Origin: an uncultured virus (IMG/VR IMGVR_UViG_3300020050_011573)
Taxonomy: Duplodnaviria; Heunggongvirae; Uroviricota; Caudoviricetes
DNA length: 64,000 nt
Direction: 5' to 3' (one strand)
IMG/VR virus record: IMGVR_UViG_3300020050_011573
This document shows, one piece after another, positions 28,314 to 37,947 of this stretch. Position 1 is the stretch's first letter; every line of letters begins with the position of its first letter. The notes under the pieces are model-generated. The model searched no databases and had not been told where the DNA came from. It saw only the letters and a list, made by a program, of their open reading frames with translations. A program made the position numbers and the translations under genes.

Positions 28314-28594
28314 TCAATTTTTACTTCTTGTCCAATAAAAAGGACATTTCGACGGTCTGTTACATCAAGATCGAAGCTTCCACATCTTTCTCCGTCCTGG
28401 TTGTAAACGGCGACTTCTGCTCTCAACTTCATTGGAATAGGATGTTTGGCTATTATTCGCTCATAATCTTCTTTTTTATGTGGAGGCTTTTGCTTTAAGA
28501 TTTCCGCTTCAATAATTGAATCTCTTGCTTGCCAATCTTCCTCTTCCCGTAGCGCTATAACCCTAACCTTAAAACCATTTGCAAACATTCCCAA
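28304..28594 (-). CDS. Small hypothetical protein
   Basis: GGAGG SD; fills the gap. Confidence 0.5.
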   Translation of the reverse strand: MGMFANGFKVRVIALREEEDWQARDSIIEAEILKQKPPHKKEDYERIIAKHPIPMKLRAEVAVYNQDGERCGSFDLDVTDRRNVLFIGQEVKIEWA

Positions 28595-28599
28595 ACCTC

Positions 28600-29304
28600 C
28601 TATTGTCCGACCGACTGAGCATCACGAGAGACAGGCCGAAGCTTATGCTCCCCTGCAATCTCATTCAGCACCATATTTGCGCGATTCTGATAAAAGCCCG
28701 CCGCTCCTATCAACGCGCCTTCTTTCGGCATCACTGCCGCCGTTGCCAGGTCTGTCCAGCACTGAACATATTCGTGTGGCACTGGCGAATCTGAAGCCTT
28801 AAACGCTGCCAAGTCTGCCAAAGCTGGAATTTGCCACTGAAACAGATAAACCTGACCGATTGGCAATCCCGTTCCAACGTCCAGCGTCTGCCCCGTCAAA
28901 AATATTCGGTTATCCTCCAAGCCGTAAAGACCGTTCGCCATTTTCAGGCCCAAGGGATTCTTTCCGACCAAACGAGCGACCGTACTTGTCGCACATGCTT
29001 CTCCCGGATACCCATCAATCTTTACGCCGATCACTGGCCCAATATGACGAGGAATCAACTCGCCACTGATCACATCTACCGTTTTGATAAGGTCCGTTAA
29101 GCCGGCTTCATTGGTTCGGTTGCCGTTATAGAAGCTGACTGCAATCTTTTGCAAAAGAAACGCTTCCTGCACAAGAACCGCGTCCATTACCGCCCGATCT
29201 TCATAAGCCTCATCTTCAGAAAGCGCAGCCAGGTAACCCCCCGCCGAAGCGTTGAGATTCCCAAGCACAATCCGAAATGGCACGTCTCTCTTGATTCCCG
29301 GCAT
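28600..29304 (-). CDS. Head-tail adaptor-like protein
   Basis: C-terminal SPVPHEYVQCWTDLATAAV; position after the capsid gene. Confidence 0.5.
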   Translation of the reverse strand: MPGIKRDVPFRIVLGNLNASAGGYLAALSEDEAYEDRAVMDAVLVQEAFLLQKIAVSFYNGNRTNEAGLTDLIKTVDVISGELIPRHIGPVIGVKIDGYPGEACATSTVARLVGKNPLGLKMANGLYGLEDNRIFLTGQTLDVGTGLPIGQVYLFQWQIPALADLAAFKASDSPVPHEYVQCWTDLATAAVMPKEGALIGAAGFYQNRANMVLNEIAGEHKLRPVSRDAQSVGQ

Positions 29305-29525
29305 TATTTATCCTCGTAACGCCAAACAACCTTACGTTGATCACAATCGAAAATGTACGGCTTGGCGGATAAACGGCTTTTTGCAATTACAATTGCCGCT
29401 TCCAGAATATCAAAATCTCTGTGCATATCAGCCAAACCGCCTTGCGGATTCTCTTCGACAATGAATAAAAGAAAGCGTCTGAGAGCGTCTTTGTCTTTTT
29501 GCTTATTCTCGGTCTTCTTTTTCAT
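29304..29525 (-). CDS. Small hypothetical protein
   Basis: Fills the gap exactly. Confidence 0.5.
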   Translation of the reverse strand: MKKKTENKQKDKDALRRFLLFIVEENPQGGLADMHRDFDILEAAIVIAKSRLSAKPYIFDCDQRKVVWRYEDK

Positions 29526-30314
29526 TTATCGGACGCTCCTGTAGCCACCAACACGATTTCGACCGTACCCCGGATAACGCCCACTTTGCTCGGTGTGATT
29601 GTTTCTCAGCCACTGATCAAGCACAGGCTCGCGCTTCAGCAGCATCTTCTCAAGTCGTGTTTCCAGCCGCTGATAGGTCGGTTCTTCGATCATTGAGTGT
29701 GGAAGAAAAGCGAGCGCGCAATCAACCTGAAGGATGCCCACGAAGTTCGGCACCCAATCAATCAGCGTGTCCTCCATTACTTCAGCGACACCCCCCGGTT
29801 CATAGAAAAACCGGTAAGTCGTATCTATGCCAGGAAGAAGACCGCCAAACTCAAAAAACAGTTTGATTGTGACGCCTTCCCGATACCACGCCACAGCCTG
29901 AGCGAACCCCAGCACCTGATTACCGCCAGAAGTTGTCAGCCCACTACCGATACCAGCCGTTGGCGTCGTTGTTTGCCGGTATTGATCCATGTGCTGGATG
30001 CCGATCAAATCAATATCCCGTCTTGGCAGGATTGTCCCCGGTAAAAGTGTCAACGGATCCAGGTCACAGAGGACAGGGCGCCCCCAGCTTGGTTCCTCAA
30101 ATTGAATTTCGAGAGACTGAGCCGGAAGCGTTACCCGTCGCATTTTCAGCAAAAAATTACCGTCGTGAATATTGAGCAGGTTCTGATAGTTCTCCAAAAC
30201 AGTCCCCATAATGTCGTACAGATCCCCGCTTTTTGCGATCAAAGCAGGCGGACGTCCCAGCAACGCCAGAGCGCCATTCAGTACGGATTGTGGAGTCAGT
30301 GTTTTGCAGGACAT
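29526..30314 (-). CDS. Head-tail adaptor-like protein
   Basis: N-terminal VLNGALALLG; C-terminal DTLIDWVPNFVGILQVDCAL. Confidence 0.5.
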   Translation of the reverse strand: MSCKTLTPQSVLNGALALLGRPPALIAKSGDLYDIMGTVLENYQNLLNIHDGNFLLKMRRVTLPAQSLEIQFEEPSWGRPVLCDLDPLTLLPGTILPRRDIDLIGIQHMDQYRQTTTPTAGIGSGLTTSGGNQVLGFAQAVAWYREGVTIKLFFEFGGLLPGIDTTYRFFYEPGGVAEVMEDTLIDWVPNFVGILQVDCALAFLPHSMIEEPTYQRLETRLEKMLLKREPVLDQWLRNNHTEQSGRYPGYGRNRVGGYRSVR

Positions 30315-30319
30315 CGTTT

Positions 30320-30694
30320 TTACCTGTTCCCGTCACGAAGCGTTTCATTGAAGAGAAATTGCTTGCAATGAAATTCCGGTTCTACCTGTTGTGGAGTCGG
30401 GTAAGCCGAACACTCTCCCTTTGTCGCCCACATTGCGCCCCGTGGATCGTCACCCTTCAAATATTTGCACAACCGACACTGGGCGCCGGAAAACTTGGGT
30501 TTTGGTGGAGCATTCGGATCAAGAACCGGTTCGGGCTTCGGTGGACGGAATAACTCAATCCCGCCCACCGAAAGGATCACATCAGACGCTTGGTTGCTGC
30601 CCGGTCCTGCCGGATTTGCCAACGGCTGGGATGGATTTGGGCTTGTTTCCTTCTTCGCCGCCTTCTTTGGTACTGACTGTTTCGTTGACTTCAT
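30320..30694 (-). CDS. Small protein with C-terminal Cys cluster
   Basis: CRLCKY...GECSAYP...FHCKQF; AAGGGGG SD before ATG 30694. Confidence 0.55.
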   Translation of the reverse strand: MKSTKQSVPKKAAKKETSPNPSQPLANPAGPGSNQASDVILSVGGIELFRPPKPEPVLDPNAPPKPKFSGAQCRLCKYLKGDDPRGAMWATKGECSAYPTPQQVEPEFHCKQFLFNETLRDGNR

Positions 30695-31472
30695 TGGTTG
30701 CCCCCTTCGTTGCCAGCAGTTTTTCGCCAAAGTTGTTCAGCGCAGCCGCCAAAGTTTCAGCAAAGGCCACATTGTTCTGTTCAAGTCGCTGTTCGACTTC
30801 GGCCATTCCAACGCCCGCTTGTGGCATCGGTGACGTCAGCGTTTGCGGAATCTCCAGACCGATTTCCGTGGCATAGGCATACTCTTCACGGGTCAGAGTC
30901 GCCCGGCCCGGTTTGCCTTCCCGCGCGCGTTGGGCTTCGCCGATCCAGTCATCAACCTTCGACATTCGATATTCGATGGCTGTGCCGATTCCCTGCTGAA
31001 GTCTGGTAATCGCTTCCGCTTCGCCCTGATTGCTCGGCGTGATCTTGCCCAGCAAAGCCAACAAACCATCAAGGCGCGGCTCGGTAAACCAGCCCACATT
31101 TGCCAACTTTCGCTCGAACGAAAGAACAGCGGCTTCCGAAACATCCATCAGGCTGTCCAGAATGACCACACCCCGCGCTCCGTATGAAATATTGATTTCC
31201 AGCGCGCAGGCGTAAGCCGTTTTGACGTGTCGCACAAGGCTACGCTCAACACTCAAATCCGATGAAAAGAACGCTTCTGACGTGTCACGTTCCACCGTCA
31301 CCTGATCGTGCAGTTGGATAAACTCCCGCGCTGGCACAATCTGAATTCCCACCTGTTTGTGAGCCAAAACGAGTTTTTCCGGCGACCAGATCACCACCGT
31401 ATGCCCCGGTGTAATTGCCAAATTCTCAGTTGGTGTTAAAACTTTTGCTTCTCTGTATGCTGTCTGCATCAA
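30582..31472 (-). CDS. Hypothetical protein
   Basis: 296-aa ORF with AGGAGG SD. Confidence 0.65.
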   Translation of the reverse strand: MMQTAYREAKVLTPTENLAITPGHTVVIWSPEKLVLAHKQVGIQIVPAREFIQLHDQVTVERDTSEAFFSSDLSVERSLVRHVKTAYACALEINISYGARGVVILDSLMDVSEAAVLSFERKLANVGWFTEPRLDGLLALLGKITPSNQGEAEAITRLQQGIGTAIEYRMSKVDDWIGEAQRAREGKPGRATLTREEYAYATEIGLEIPQTLTSPMPQAGVGMAEVEQRLEQNNVAFAETLAAALNNFGEKLLATKGATNEVNETVSTKEGGEEGNKPKSIPAVGKSGRTGQQPSV

Positions 31473-31478
31473 TGCCTC

Positions 31479-32246
31479 CTAAATTACAGCCACACGCGGA
31501 CGCATCATCCGAAGTCGTGTTGCAACAGTATCTTCCAAGAACTCATCGAGTTCTTGGTCCAGTTCTAATTCTTCCTTTGATCGAGCAGCAGAAATGTGCG
31601 CCATCATCCCTTTGACCTTTTCCGGGTCCTGGATACGTCGCCAGCCCTCTGCTGCACCTTGAGCCTCGCGGAGCTTCATCGCTAGTTCAATTGTTTCAAT
31701 CAAGCGATGATCATCAATTCCCAGCGGCGTAGGCGGCTCTTGCCCATCGTCGCAATACATCACAAAGCGAAATTGCCCCCGAATCGGCATTTCACCGAGC
31801 ATGTCAACTTTTTCGCCTGTGTGCGGATGTGTGATGTACCGATTGGATTCCCAGTCAATACAGACGACTTCCGGAGGCCACCATTCTTGTAACACCCAGC
31901 CCTTGTATCCAACGTCCACACGCTCAAACACTGGCGCGATAATTACCCCAGGTGTAGGCGCAGGCTGAATACTGGCAGGGTAATTTTCTTTTTCCCCCGT
32001 GATCGAATTGATGACGTTCCAGGCGACCAGCTTTTTGATGTTCCGCCGCACTGGATATTTTATTCGCCACTTGCCGGCGCTGAACCATTTCTCTTCCTCG
32101 CCCCAGACAAGTTGAAGCTTTGGCTCACCATAATCATTGGTCCCGCCGATTCGGAGCAGATCCTTCAAAACGTTGGTCGGCACTGTTGGAAAAGAAACTG
32201 CGCCTTCGTTTTCAGGTTGTAGTGCTGTTTGAATCAGGGAACTCAT
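31479..32246 (-). CDS. Hypothetical protein
   Basis: 255-aa ORF (GGTNDYGEPKLQLVWG...WVLQEWWPPE). Confidence 0.65.
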   Translation of the reverse strand: MSSLIQTALQPENEGAVSFPTVPTNVLKDLLRIGGTNDYGEPKLQLVWGEEEKWFSAGKWRIKYPVRRNIKKLVAWNVINSITGEKENYPASIQPAPTPGVIIAPVFERVDVGYKGWVLQEWWPPEVVCIDWESNRYITHPHTGEKVDMLGEMPIRGQFRFVMYCDDGQEPPTPLGIDDHRLIETIELAMKLREAQGAAEGWRRIQDPEKVKGMMAHISAARSKEELELDQELDEFLEDTVATRLRMMRPRVAVI

Positions 32247-32467
32247 AAATAATTTTCAACCTCGCTGGCAATAAAGTCCAATTCGGTTTTGGTCAATTCC
32301 CGCCCTTTTGCTTGTTTTCCCAGCCGAATTCCTTCTCTCATTAACTCTCTGCGCAACTTTGCCTTGTCGCGTTTCTTCTTTCGTTCAACTTGCCGGGATG
32401 ATCCACCATCGAGCGATTGTTTCAACTCGGGATTATCCGGTAATTGATTGGTAAATCCGTTGTCCAT
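32243..32467 (-). CDS. Small basic hypothetical protein
   Basis: GGAGG SD before ATG 32467. Confidence 0.55.
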   Translation of the reverse strand: MDNGFTNQLPDNPELKQSLDGGSSRQVERKKKRDKAKLRRELMREGIRLGKQAKGRELTKTELDFIASEVENYL

Positions 32468-32483
32468 TCCCAATACCTCCAGT

Positions 32484-32526
32484 AAAAATTGAGTGGGGCG
32501 GCAGGGATGAACCAATCACCCCACTC
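32484..32526 (-). terminator. Terminator after the major capsid gene
   Basis: GAGTGGGG...CCCCACTC stem followed by AATTTTT on the - strand. Confidence 0.65.
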
Positions 32527-32558
32527 TCAAATTAAGCATCTAGCAACTGCCCACCCGT

Positions 32559-33893
32559 TTAGCTGTAGGCAGAACGTTTGTTCGGCAATCCGGTTGTCGC
32601 CAAGTTGATGATGGCGCCGTTGCTGAACGGACTCACGCACCCCAGGTCCATACGATAGCCCATATAGAACCCTGTGCGGTCGAAATAGCCGCCCGAGCCG
32701 TTGGCGTCGAAATACGGGACCTCGCGCCAATATCCGCCCTTCATTTCATTGATGAAGCCAGGCGTTCCACCCGGAGCGGTGAACTTCTTGATTGTGGACA
32801 TCTTCAAAGCATCAATCCGATCATCGGAATGGTCAGTATCCACTTCGAATTTGTGACGATGTTGGATGCCCTTGCCATTGAGCTTGTAACCCAGGTTGAG
32901 CGTTTCAACTTGCGCCGTTTTAATCACGCGATGGAGCGGATCGCCCAACCGGATGTAAGCATGCTCTTGGCAGGGACTTTCCCAGAACTGCCAATCATCG
33001 GTGTTTTCGGCGTCGTCGTCGGCACCGTGAATGTACATCGTCTGGCCTTCCAAGCGATCCAGGAGAGCGGTTGACAGCGGCTGAGCGATTCCGCCAACGG
33101 CAGCATCAATCACGGTTGCACGCAGATTTTCATACAGCGCACGGCTTTGTCCCTGATACAACCCAGTGTCGTTGTTGACATGATGCGGGACGCCGTGGAG
33201 CGCTCCCTTCCACGTGTCCTCAAACACCAGGTAATCACCCGCCGCCGCATCTGATGGAACGGTGTCAAAAGTCACCGTCTGTGTGGACGAAACTTTTCCC
33301 GTTGCCGTCGAGACGAATGCCGTACCGCCGCCGTTCTTTCTGGAGTCGCCCGTTGCCGGATTGATCCAGTTGTAGCGACCACGAATCAGGATATGATACG
33401 CGCCGGAATCGTAGGCGAAGGCAGCCGTTCCATTCGCGCCCGTCGTTGGAGCAACCGCACCCACACGAGCAAGAACGCCGTCACCATTCTGCCAGCACTG
33501 CCAATTGATGATCTTACGCAGATCATTCGTTTCACGTTTTACGTCACGGGTTAAGCCGCGAACAATGGACGTTTCCGAACTCATCAGCGCTTCAACTTCG
33601 TCACGGGAATAGCCACGCGCTTTGGACCAGCGAGTCCAATAGACGCGCATGTTGATGTCACGCGGGAACGAGAACGCCGCGTAACGTCCGCCTTCCGGAA
33701 AGCCCCGGTTTGACGGGTTTGCTTCGACTTCCGCAATGATGCGGACACCGCGAGAGTTTGTTTCCATTCCCTCGCCTTCTTCGATCCGGCCATAGAATTT
33801 GGCGGAACGGTTGACGTATGAATAGAGGCCACGGGCGATCAATTCCTTGAATAACGCCTCGGCTACCTCAATACCAGCATAATCTGTTGCCAT
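32559..33893 (-). CDS. Major capsid protein
   Basis: 444 aa after portal and scaffold, followed by a terminator; DLRKIINWQCWQNGDGVLA and DLGCVSPFSNGAIINL motifs. Confidence 0.75.
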   Translation of the reverse strand: MATDYAGIEVAEALFKELIARGLYSYVNRSAKFYGRIEEGEGMETNSRGVRIIAEVEANPSNRGFPEGGRYAAFSFPRDINMRVYWTRWSKARGYSRDEVEALMSSETSIVRGLTRDVKRETNDLRKIINWQCWQNGDGVLARVGAVAPTTGANGTAAFAYDSGAYHILIRGRYNWINPATGDSRKNGGGTAFVSTATGKVSSTQTVTFDTVPSDAAAGDYLVFEDTWKGALHGVPHHVNNDTGLYQGQSRALYENLRATVIDAAVGGIAQPLSTALLDRLEGQTMYIHGADDDAENTDDWQFWESPCQEHAYIRLGDPLHRVIKTAQVETLNLGYKLNGKGIQHRHKFEVDTDHSDDRIDALKMSTIKKFTAPGGTPGFINEMKGGYWREVPYFDANGSGGYFDRTGFYMGYRMDLGCVSPFSNGAIINLATTGLPNKRSAYS

Positions 33894-33926
33894 TACAGAA
33901 AACCTCTGCGGCAGATTGAATTCTTG

Positions 33927-35003
33927 TTATCTCGCAGCTTGTCTCGCCTGAAGTCGGTTACGAACCGCACTCAACAAGTCGTTCGGGTTCACCTTAAACG
34001 GATTTCCCTCTGCTCCTGTTGCTGGCGTTTTCGTATCAATTCCCGGCGCTGTGGAAGCAATTTCTTTGCGAGTCGGCGGGATTGGTGTTTTCGATTCTGA
34101 TGTCTGAGTACGGCCCGCTCCCACCGTTTTGATTGACGCACTCAGATAATTTGCAAATGCTGTTTTGGCTGTCACTTGAAAGCCGGCCAGCATCTTGTTT
34201 CCAGTTGCCTGATACCGGACAGTCTTTTGATAGGCTTCGACCGCCTTTGTGTCACGATTGAACTTGGCCATTGCCAGATCGTAGGCTTCCCGCGCCTCAT
34301 CATCTGACCAGCCCAATTCAGCAAAACTCTTGTTGACCACTTCCCCGAAAACTGTGGCGTTCGCCTTTTGCACAACGCTTTGTTGCCGACTTGCTTCTTC
34401 AGCCGCCTGTTTTTGGGCCGCCGTCTGTTGCTCTTTCCCGGTAAGCTCTTGAAGCTGTTCGCGTAATTGCTTCACTTCAAGTTCAAGCTTTGACGGTTTA
34501 TCGTCGGCGTAAGGATCATCATCATCCTGATCGTCATCAGGAGCGGATTCTCCCGCTTTGACAAATCCCTGCTCTTTCAGGAAGTTCGGGTTTTCGGCCA
34601 AGTACTGCTCTGTGAAAATCTGCCCATATTTGCCAAAGTTGTCCCAGAGAAGAGATGCCCATTGCGCATCATCAAGGACTTCTCTGATTCCTTTGGCCAA
34701 TAACTCCCCGGCTTCCTGTTGATTTTCTGGGTCCGCCTGTTGAATTGCTCGCACAAGAGGCAACAACTGCCGCGCTGCGTCCTCGCCACCCAGGTCATCC
34801 ACAAGCTGCGTAACCTTGAGCGGTATGTCTGCGGTATCTTCAACTGCCGGCGTCTCCGTCTTTTCAGGAAGTTCGGTCGGAGTCTCAACGGGCGTTTCCG
34901 CCGCTTTTGCTATCTCTTCCGGTGTGGGCGTTTCCGTCTCAGCCGGTGTTTCTTCCACCGCTGGAGTACCCAACCACGCAAAATCTGCATCTTCAAAGGC
35001 CAT
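33927..35003 (-). CDS. Capsid scaffolding protein
   Basis: Acidic P/E/T-rich N-terminus and coiled coil; lies between portal and capsid genes. Confidence 0.7.
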   Translation of the reverse strand: MAFEDADFAWLGTPAVEETPAETETPTPEEIAKAAETPVETPTELPEKTETPAVEDTADIPLKVTQLVDDLGGEDAARQLLPLVRAIQQADPENQQEAGELLAKGIREVLDDAQWASLLWDNFGKYGQIFTEQYLAENPNFLKEQGFVKAGESAPDDDQDDDDPYADDKPSKLELEVKQLREQLQELTGKEQQTAAQKQAAEEASRQQSVVQKANATVFGEVVNKSFAELGWSDDEAREAYDLAMAKFNRDTKAVEAYQKTVRYQATGNKMLAGFQVTAKTAFANYLSASIKTVGAGRTQTSESKTPIPPTRKEIASTAPGIDTKTPATGAEGNPFKVNPNDLLSAVRNRLQARQAAR

Positions 35004-35054
35004 GATCTATCTCCTTGCTGTCGCTTTTTTCTCCGGTGGCGACCGGCCCAGCTA

Positions 35055-37541
35055 TCAAACGGCATTCGTATCCCCGCGAGCGTCTATGTCGTCGGGTTGT
35101 GCCGTGCCTTGCATTCCACCCTGTTGCTGTCCGCCGCCTGAACCAAGCTGTTGTTGGTTCATCATTCCCATCATTGGTGGGACATTTGGCGGCGCTCCCG
35201 GCTGGCCAGGTGGCGGACCAGTCGGAGTCATCGGATTCATCATCATTGGGTTGCTCATATCCTCCATCATCTTCATCACCGCGCCTTGTTTGTGGCGGGT
35301 AATGAGATCGTTCAGGAGCAATTCACCGATTGGTGAAAGGTGGCGCCCAACATCAGTTTTCATAAAATCAATAATGGTATCGTTGGCAATTTGATGGTCA
35401 TCAATTCGATACCTGACTGGGGCAATGTCAGCGGCAAGCAACAACGCTTCTTCCGGGGACGAAACCAGCCCTTCGGCCATTTCTGCAAATTCCAATAGAT
35501 TCCAGATATTCAAGAGCGTATTCCGCTCGTCCGCTGCCATTAATTCGGCTTCCCACGGAAGATTGAATAACTCGGTTCCAATTCGGCGCAGTTGACGAGG
35601 AACCATTGGATTGAAAATTCCCATGGGCATTCCGCCGAACATTGCCGCCGCTTCAAAATCATCACGTTTTTGCAATTCGCTTTTCGGAACACCCGAACCC
35701 GGCCTGTCCTTGATTTCAAGGTCAATATCAATGTCGCACTCTTCAAATAGCTTCAGTTCCAGTTCGGAGAAATCAGAAAGATGGTCGTAATAAAGGGCAG
35801 CAAGATTGTGTTTTTTGACGATACGAAGCTGTTGTTTCCCCTGCCTGACATCGGCTTCAGCCTTACGGTTGAGTCGTGAAACGTGCAGCATCAACGCCTG
35901 ATCACGTTGAATCGCCATTCCTCGCGCTGTGTCTGTATGCACATCCGGAAGGCCAGAAGCTGAAGAGAACGCGCCGCCAGCGAGCATGGGCATATCGCCC
36001 TTCAACATTTCGAGAAAACCAACGACGTCACCGCCCAATGGCCTTGGCTGTGTCTGCTGGAAAGCCTGACCAACTCCCCCCGTTGGAGCGCCCTTTTTCA
36101 ACACAGCGACAAATCCCGGCTTGTTCGACCAGTCCGCACGGCTGAGATAGTTGGGATCAATGACGGTCGGTGGCGTCGTGTTGTGCATCAAATGTTCGTA
36201 AGCCAATGACATCAATTCGTTCGTCATTTCCTGCGCTTCGATGATGTGATCAACGCCTTGTCCCCAGATTGCGTTCGGAACCACTTCCCAACGGTTATGC
36301 GTCCAGTAATCGGCTTTGTCCTCATCTGCTGTATCCAGCACGGTTGATCCAGACTTGGCGATGTAAAGACCGTGCGGAAAGAGGGAAATCGCCCGCGTGT
36401 TTGCCGGAATTACTTCTCCATTGGCCATCGTCTCAGGCGTCGTAAAGATGTATTCGGCGTACTCTTCCGGTCGGAACCAATACTGACGGAACCTGACAAG
36501 TTCATTGTCCAGCGGAGAGTTATTGAATCCGGTGATGTGGCCACCCATATTCCCGGGACTTTGCTGGATTTCAGACTGTGCAAGCAGAGGACTTTCGCCC
36601 GTTGTGATCGTTGCTGAATCAACCAGTTGCGCCCACTGGTAGGCGTTTTCCAGTTTAGCGCGATCAACAAAACGTTCCCGGCGCAACCAGGCCGCAAAAT
36701 CAATATCGTCCGCATTGAGCGGCAACTTCATTTCAAATGGATCAACAACTCCGGATTGCACATCTGGCGAGCGATTTGTGTCATATCCGACAATCTGATC
36801 GTACTCAGCAGATACGCCTTGCGCGATTTCCATACTCGGTTGCTGGCATTCCGGGCAAACCTGCTGGCCAACACCCATTCCCTGTTGCACACCATCCGGC
36901 ATGTTCGGCAGATCACTGACCGCGCCGCATTCTGGATTTGTGCAGATTCCTGATGAACCAACCAGGTTGATGTAAGCCTTCTGTGTAACCGGTTCCTTCC
37001 TGTATGGCCCAGCCCCAGCAGCACAAACGGTATAGCGAAAGGTGTTACCAAGAATGACGCAGAATTTGCCATCGCGTTCAATCGCCGTTGGAGTGTTTTG
37101 CTTCTGCTGAACGATCTTTAACAACTCTGATCCAACACGGGCAGCGAGGCGCGCAGTCATCTTTCCGCCCCGGGCAGACACATCAAGAATCGCCTGACTC
37201 CGGACGTAATCTTTCATAATGGCTGACACAAAGTATTGGAGCAGATTCACGACGTAGATAGGGTCCCCAGGGTCCCGCGTGATTTGCTGCCAATCTCCCG
37301 CTTGGTTGATGTATCCCAACTGCTGGCCCATATAGAACCGCATGTTGGTTAGCCATTTTCGGTGGCGGGCGATGTTAGCCATGGTGTCGGCCCGGTCCAC
37401 CTTATCTGTCAAAGACGTAAGTTTTGTGTTCCATGATTGATGAGAGTGACGGGCAAACGAGGACGACTTACCAGAGACTGATTCAGCCGGTACAAAACGC
37501 CCTATTCCTGCCGTCTCTGCGACACTCTGAACGTCAATCAT
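35055..37541 (-). CDS. Portal protein
   Basis: RFYMGQQ, YVVNLL, VVDPFE, WGQGVDHIIEAQ, TARGMAIQ, DDH motifs; P/Q/M/G-rich tail; CxxxxC..CxxC insert. Confidence 0.8.
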   Translation of the reverse strand: MIDVQSVAETAGIGRFVPAESVSGKSSSFARHSHQSWNTKLTSLTDKVDRADTMANIARHRKWLTNMRFYMGQQLGYINQAGDWQQITRDPGDPIYVVNLLQYFVSAIMKDYVRSQAILDVSARGGKMTARLAARVGSELLKIVQQKQNTPTAIERDGKFCVILGNTFRYTVCAAGAGPYRKEPVTQKAYINLVGSSGICTNPECGAVSDLPNMPDGVQQGMGVGQQVCPECQQPSMEIAQGVSAEYDQIVGYDTNRSPDVQSGVVDPFEMKLPLNADDIDFAAWLRRERFVDRAKLENAYQWAQLVDSATITTGESPLLAQSEIQQSPGNMGGHITGFNNSPLDNELVRFRQYWFRPEEYAEYIFTTPETMANGEVIPANTRAISLFPHGLYIAKSGSTVLDTADEDKADYWTHNRWEVVPNAIWGQGVDHIIEAQEMTNELMSLAYEHLMHNTTPPTVIDPNYLSRADWSNKPGFVAVLKKGAPTGGVGQAFQQTQPRPLGGDVVGFLEMLKGDMPMLAGGAFSSASGLPDVHTDTARGMAIQRDQALMLHVSRLNRKAEADVRQGKQQLRIVKKHNLAALYYDHLSDFSELELKLFEECDIDIDLEIKDRPGSGVPKSELQKRDDFEAAAMFGGMPMGIFNPMVPRQLRRIGTELFNLPWEAELMAADERNTLLNIWNLLEFAEMAEGLVSSPEEALLLAADIAPVRYRIDDHQIANDTIIDFMKTDVGRHLSPIGELLLNDLITRHKQGAVMKMMEDMSNPMMMNPMTPTGPPPGQPGAPPNVPPMMGMMNQQQLGSGGGQQQGGMQGTAQPDDIDARGDTNAV

Positions 37542-37939
37542 TGAATGGAGGTTGGCAAATTATCCCAGCGAGAACCTTCTGGCGTCTTTAGATATTCTTC
37601 TAAAGCTACGTCAACAATCTCTTCTGGTATGTCATTTGATAGCTGAGTCTGAAATTCGTGGATTTTGCGAGCAATTGGGCTTGTTTCGACGGCAGGGAAA
37701 GAAGGCAAATTCGTTTCCCTGCCGTCTCCTGATTCGGGGGGAGGCATTGGGTTTGCTCCCCGAATCATTCTCAATAACTCCGCTTCTCGCCGTCTACTTT
37801 CTGTCCGTTCCGCTTCCAAATTCGAGGCAAACTGATTTAAGACCAGTTCAAGCGAGGCTTCGGCACGTTCAGCGCGTTCACGCTGCCGCGTTACCTCGGC
37901 GAAAACGCCAGGCAGAAAATAGAGAATCCAATGAATCAT
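37538..37939 (-). CDS. Hypothetical coiled-coil protein
   Basis: Overlaps the portal start (ATGA). Confidence 0.55.
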   Translation of the reverse strand: MIHWILYFLPGVFAEVTRQRERAERAEASLELVLNQFASNLEAERTESRRREAELLRMIRGANPMPPPESGDGRETNLPSFPAVETSPIARKIHEFQTQLSNDIPEEIVDVALEEYLKTPEGSRWDNLPTSIQ

Positions 37940-37947
37940 GTGACTCT

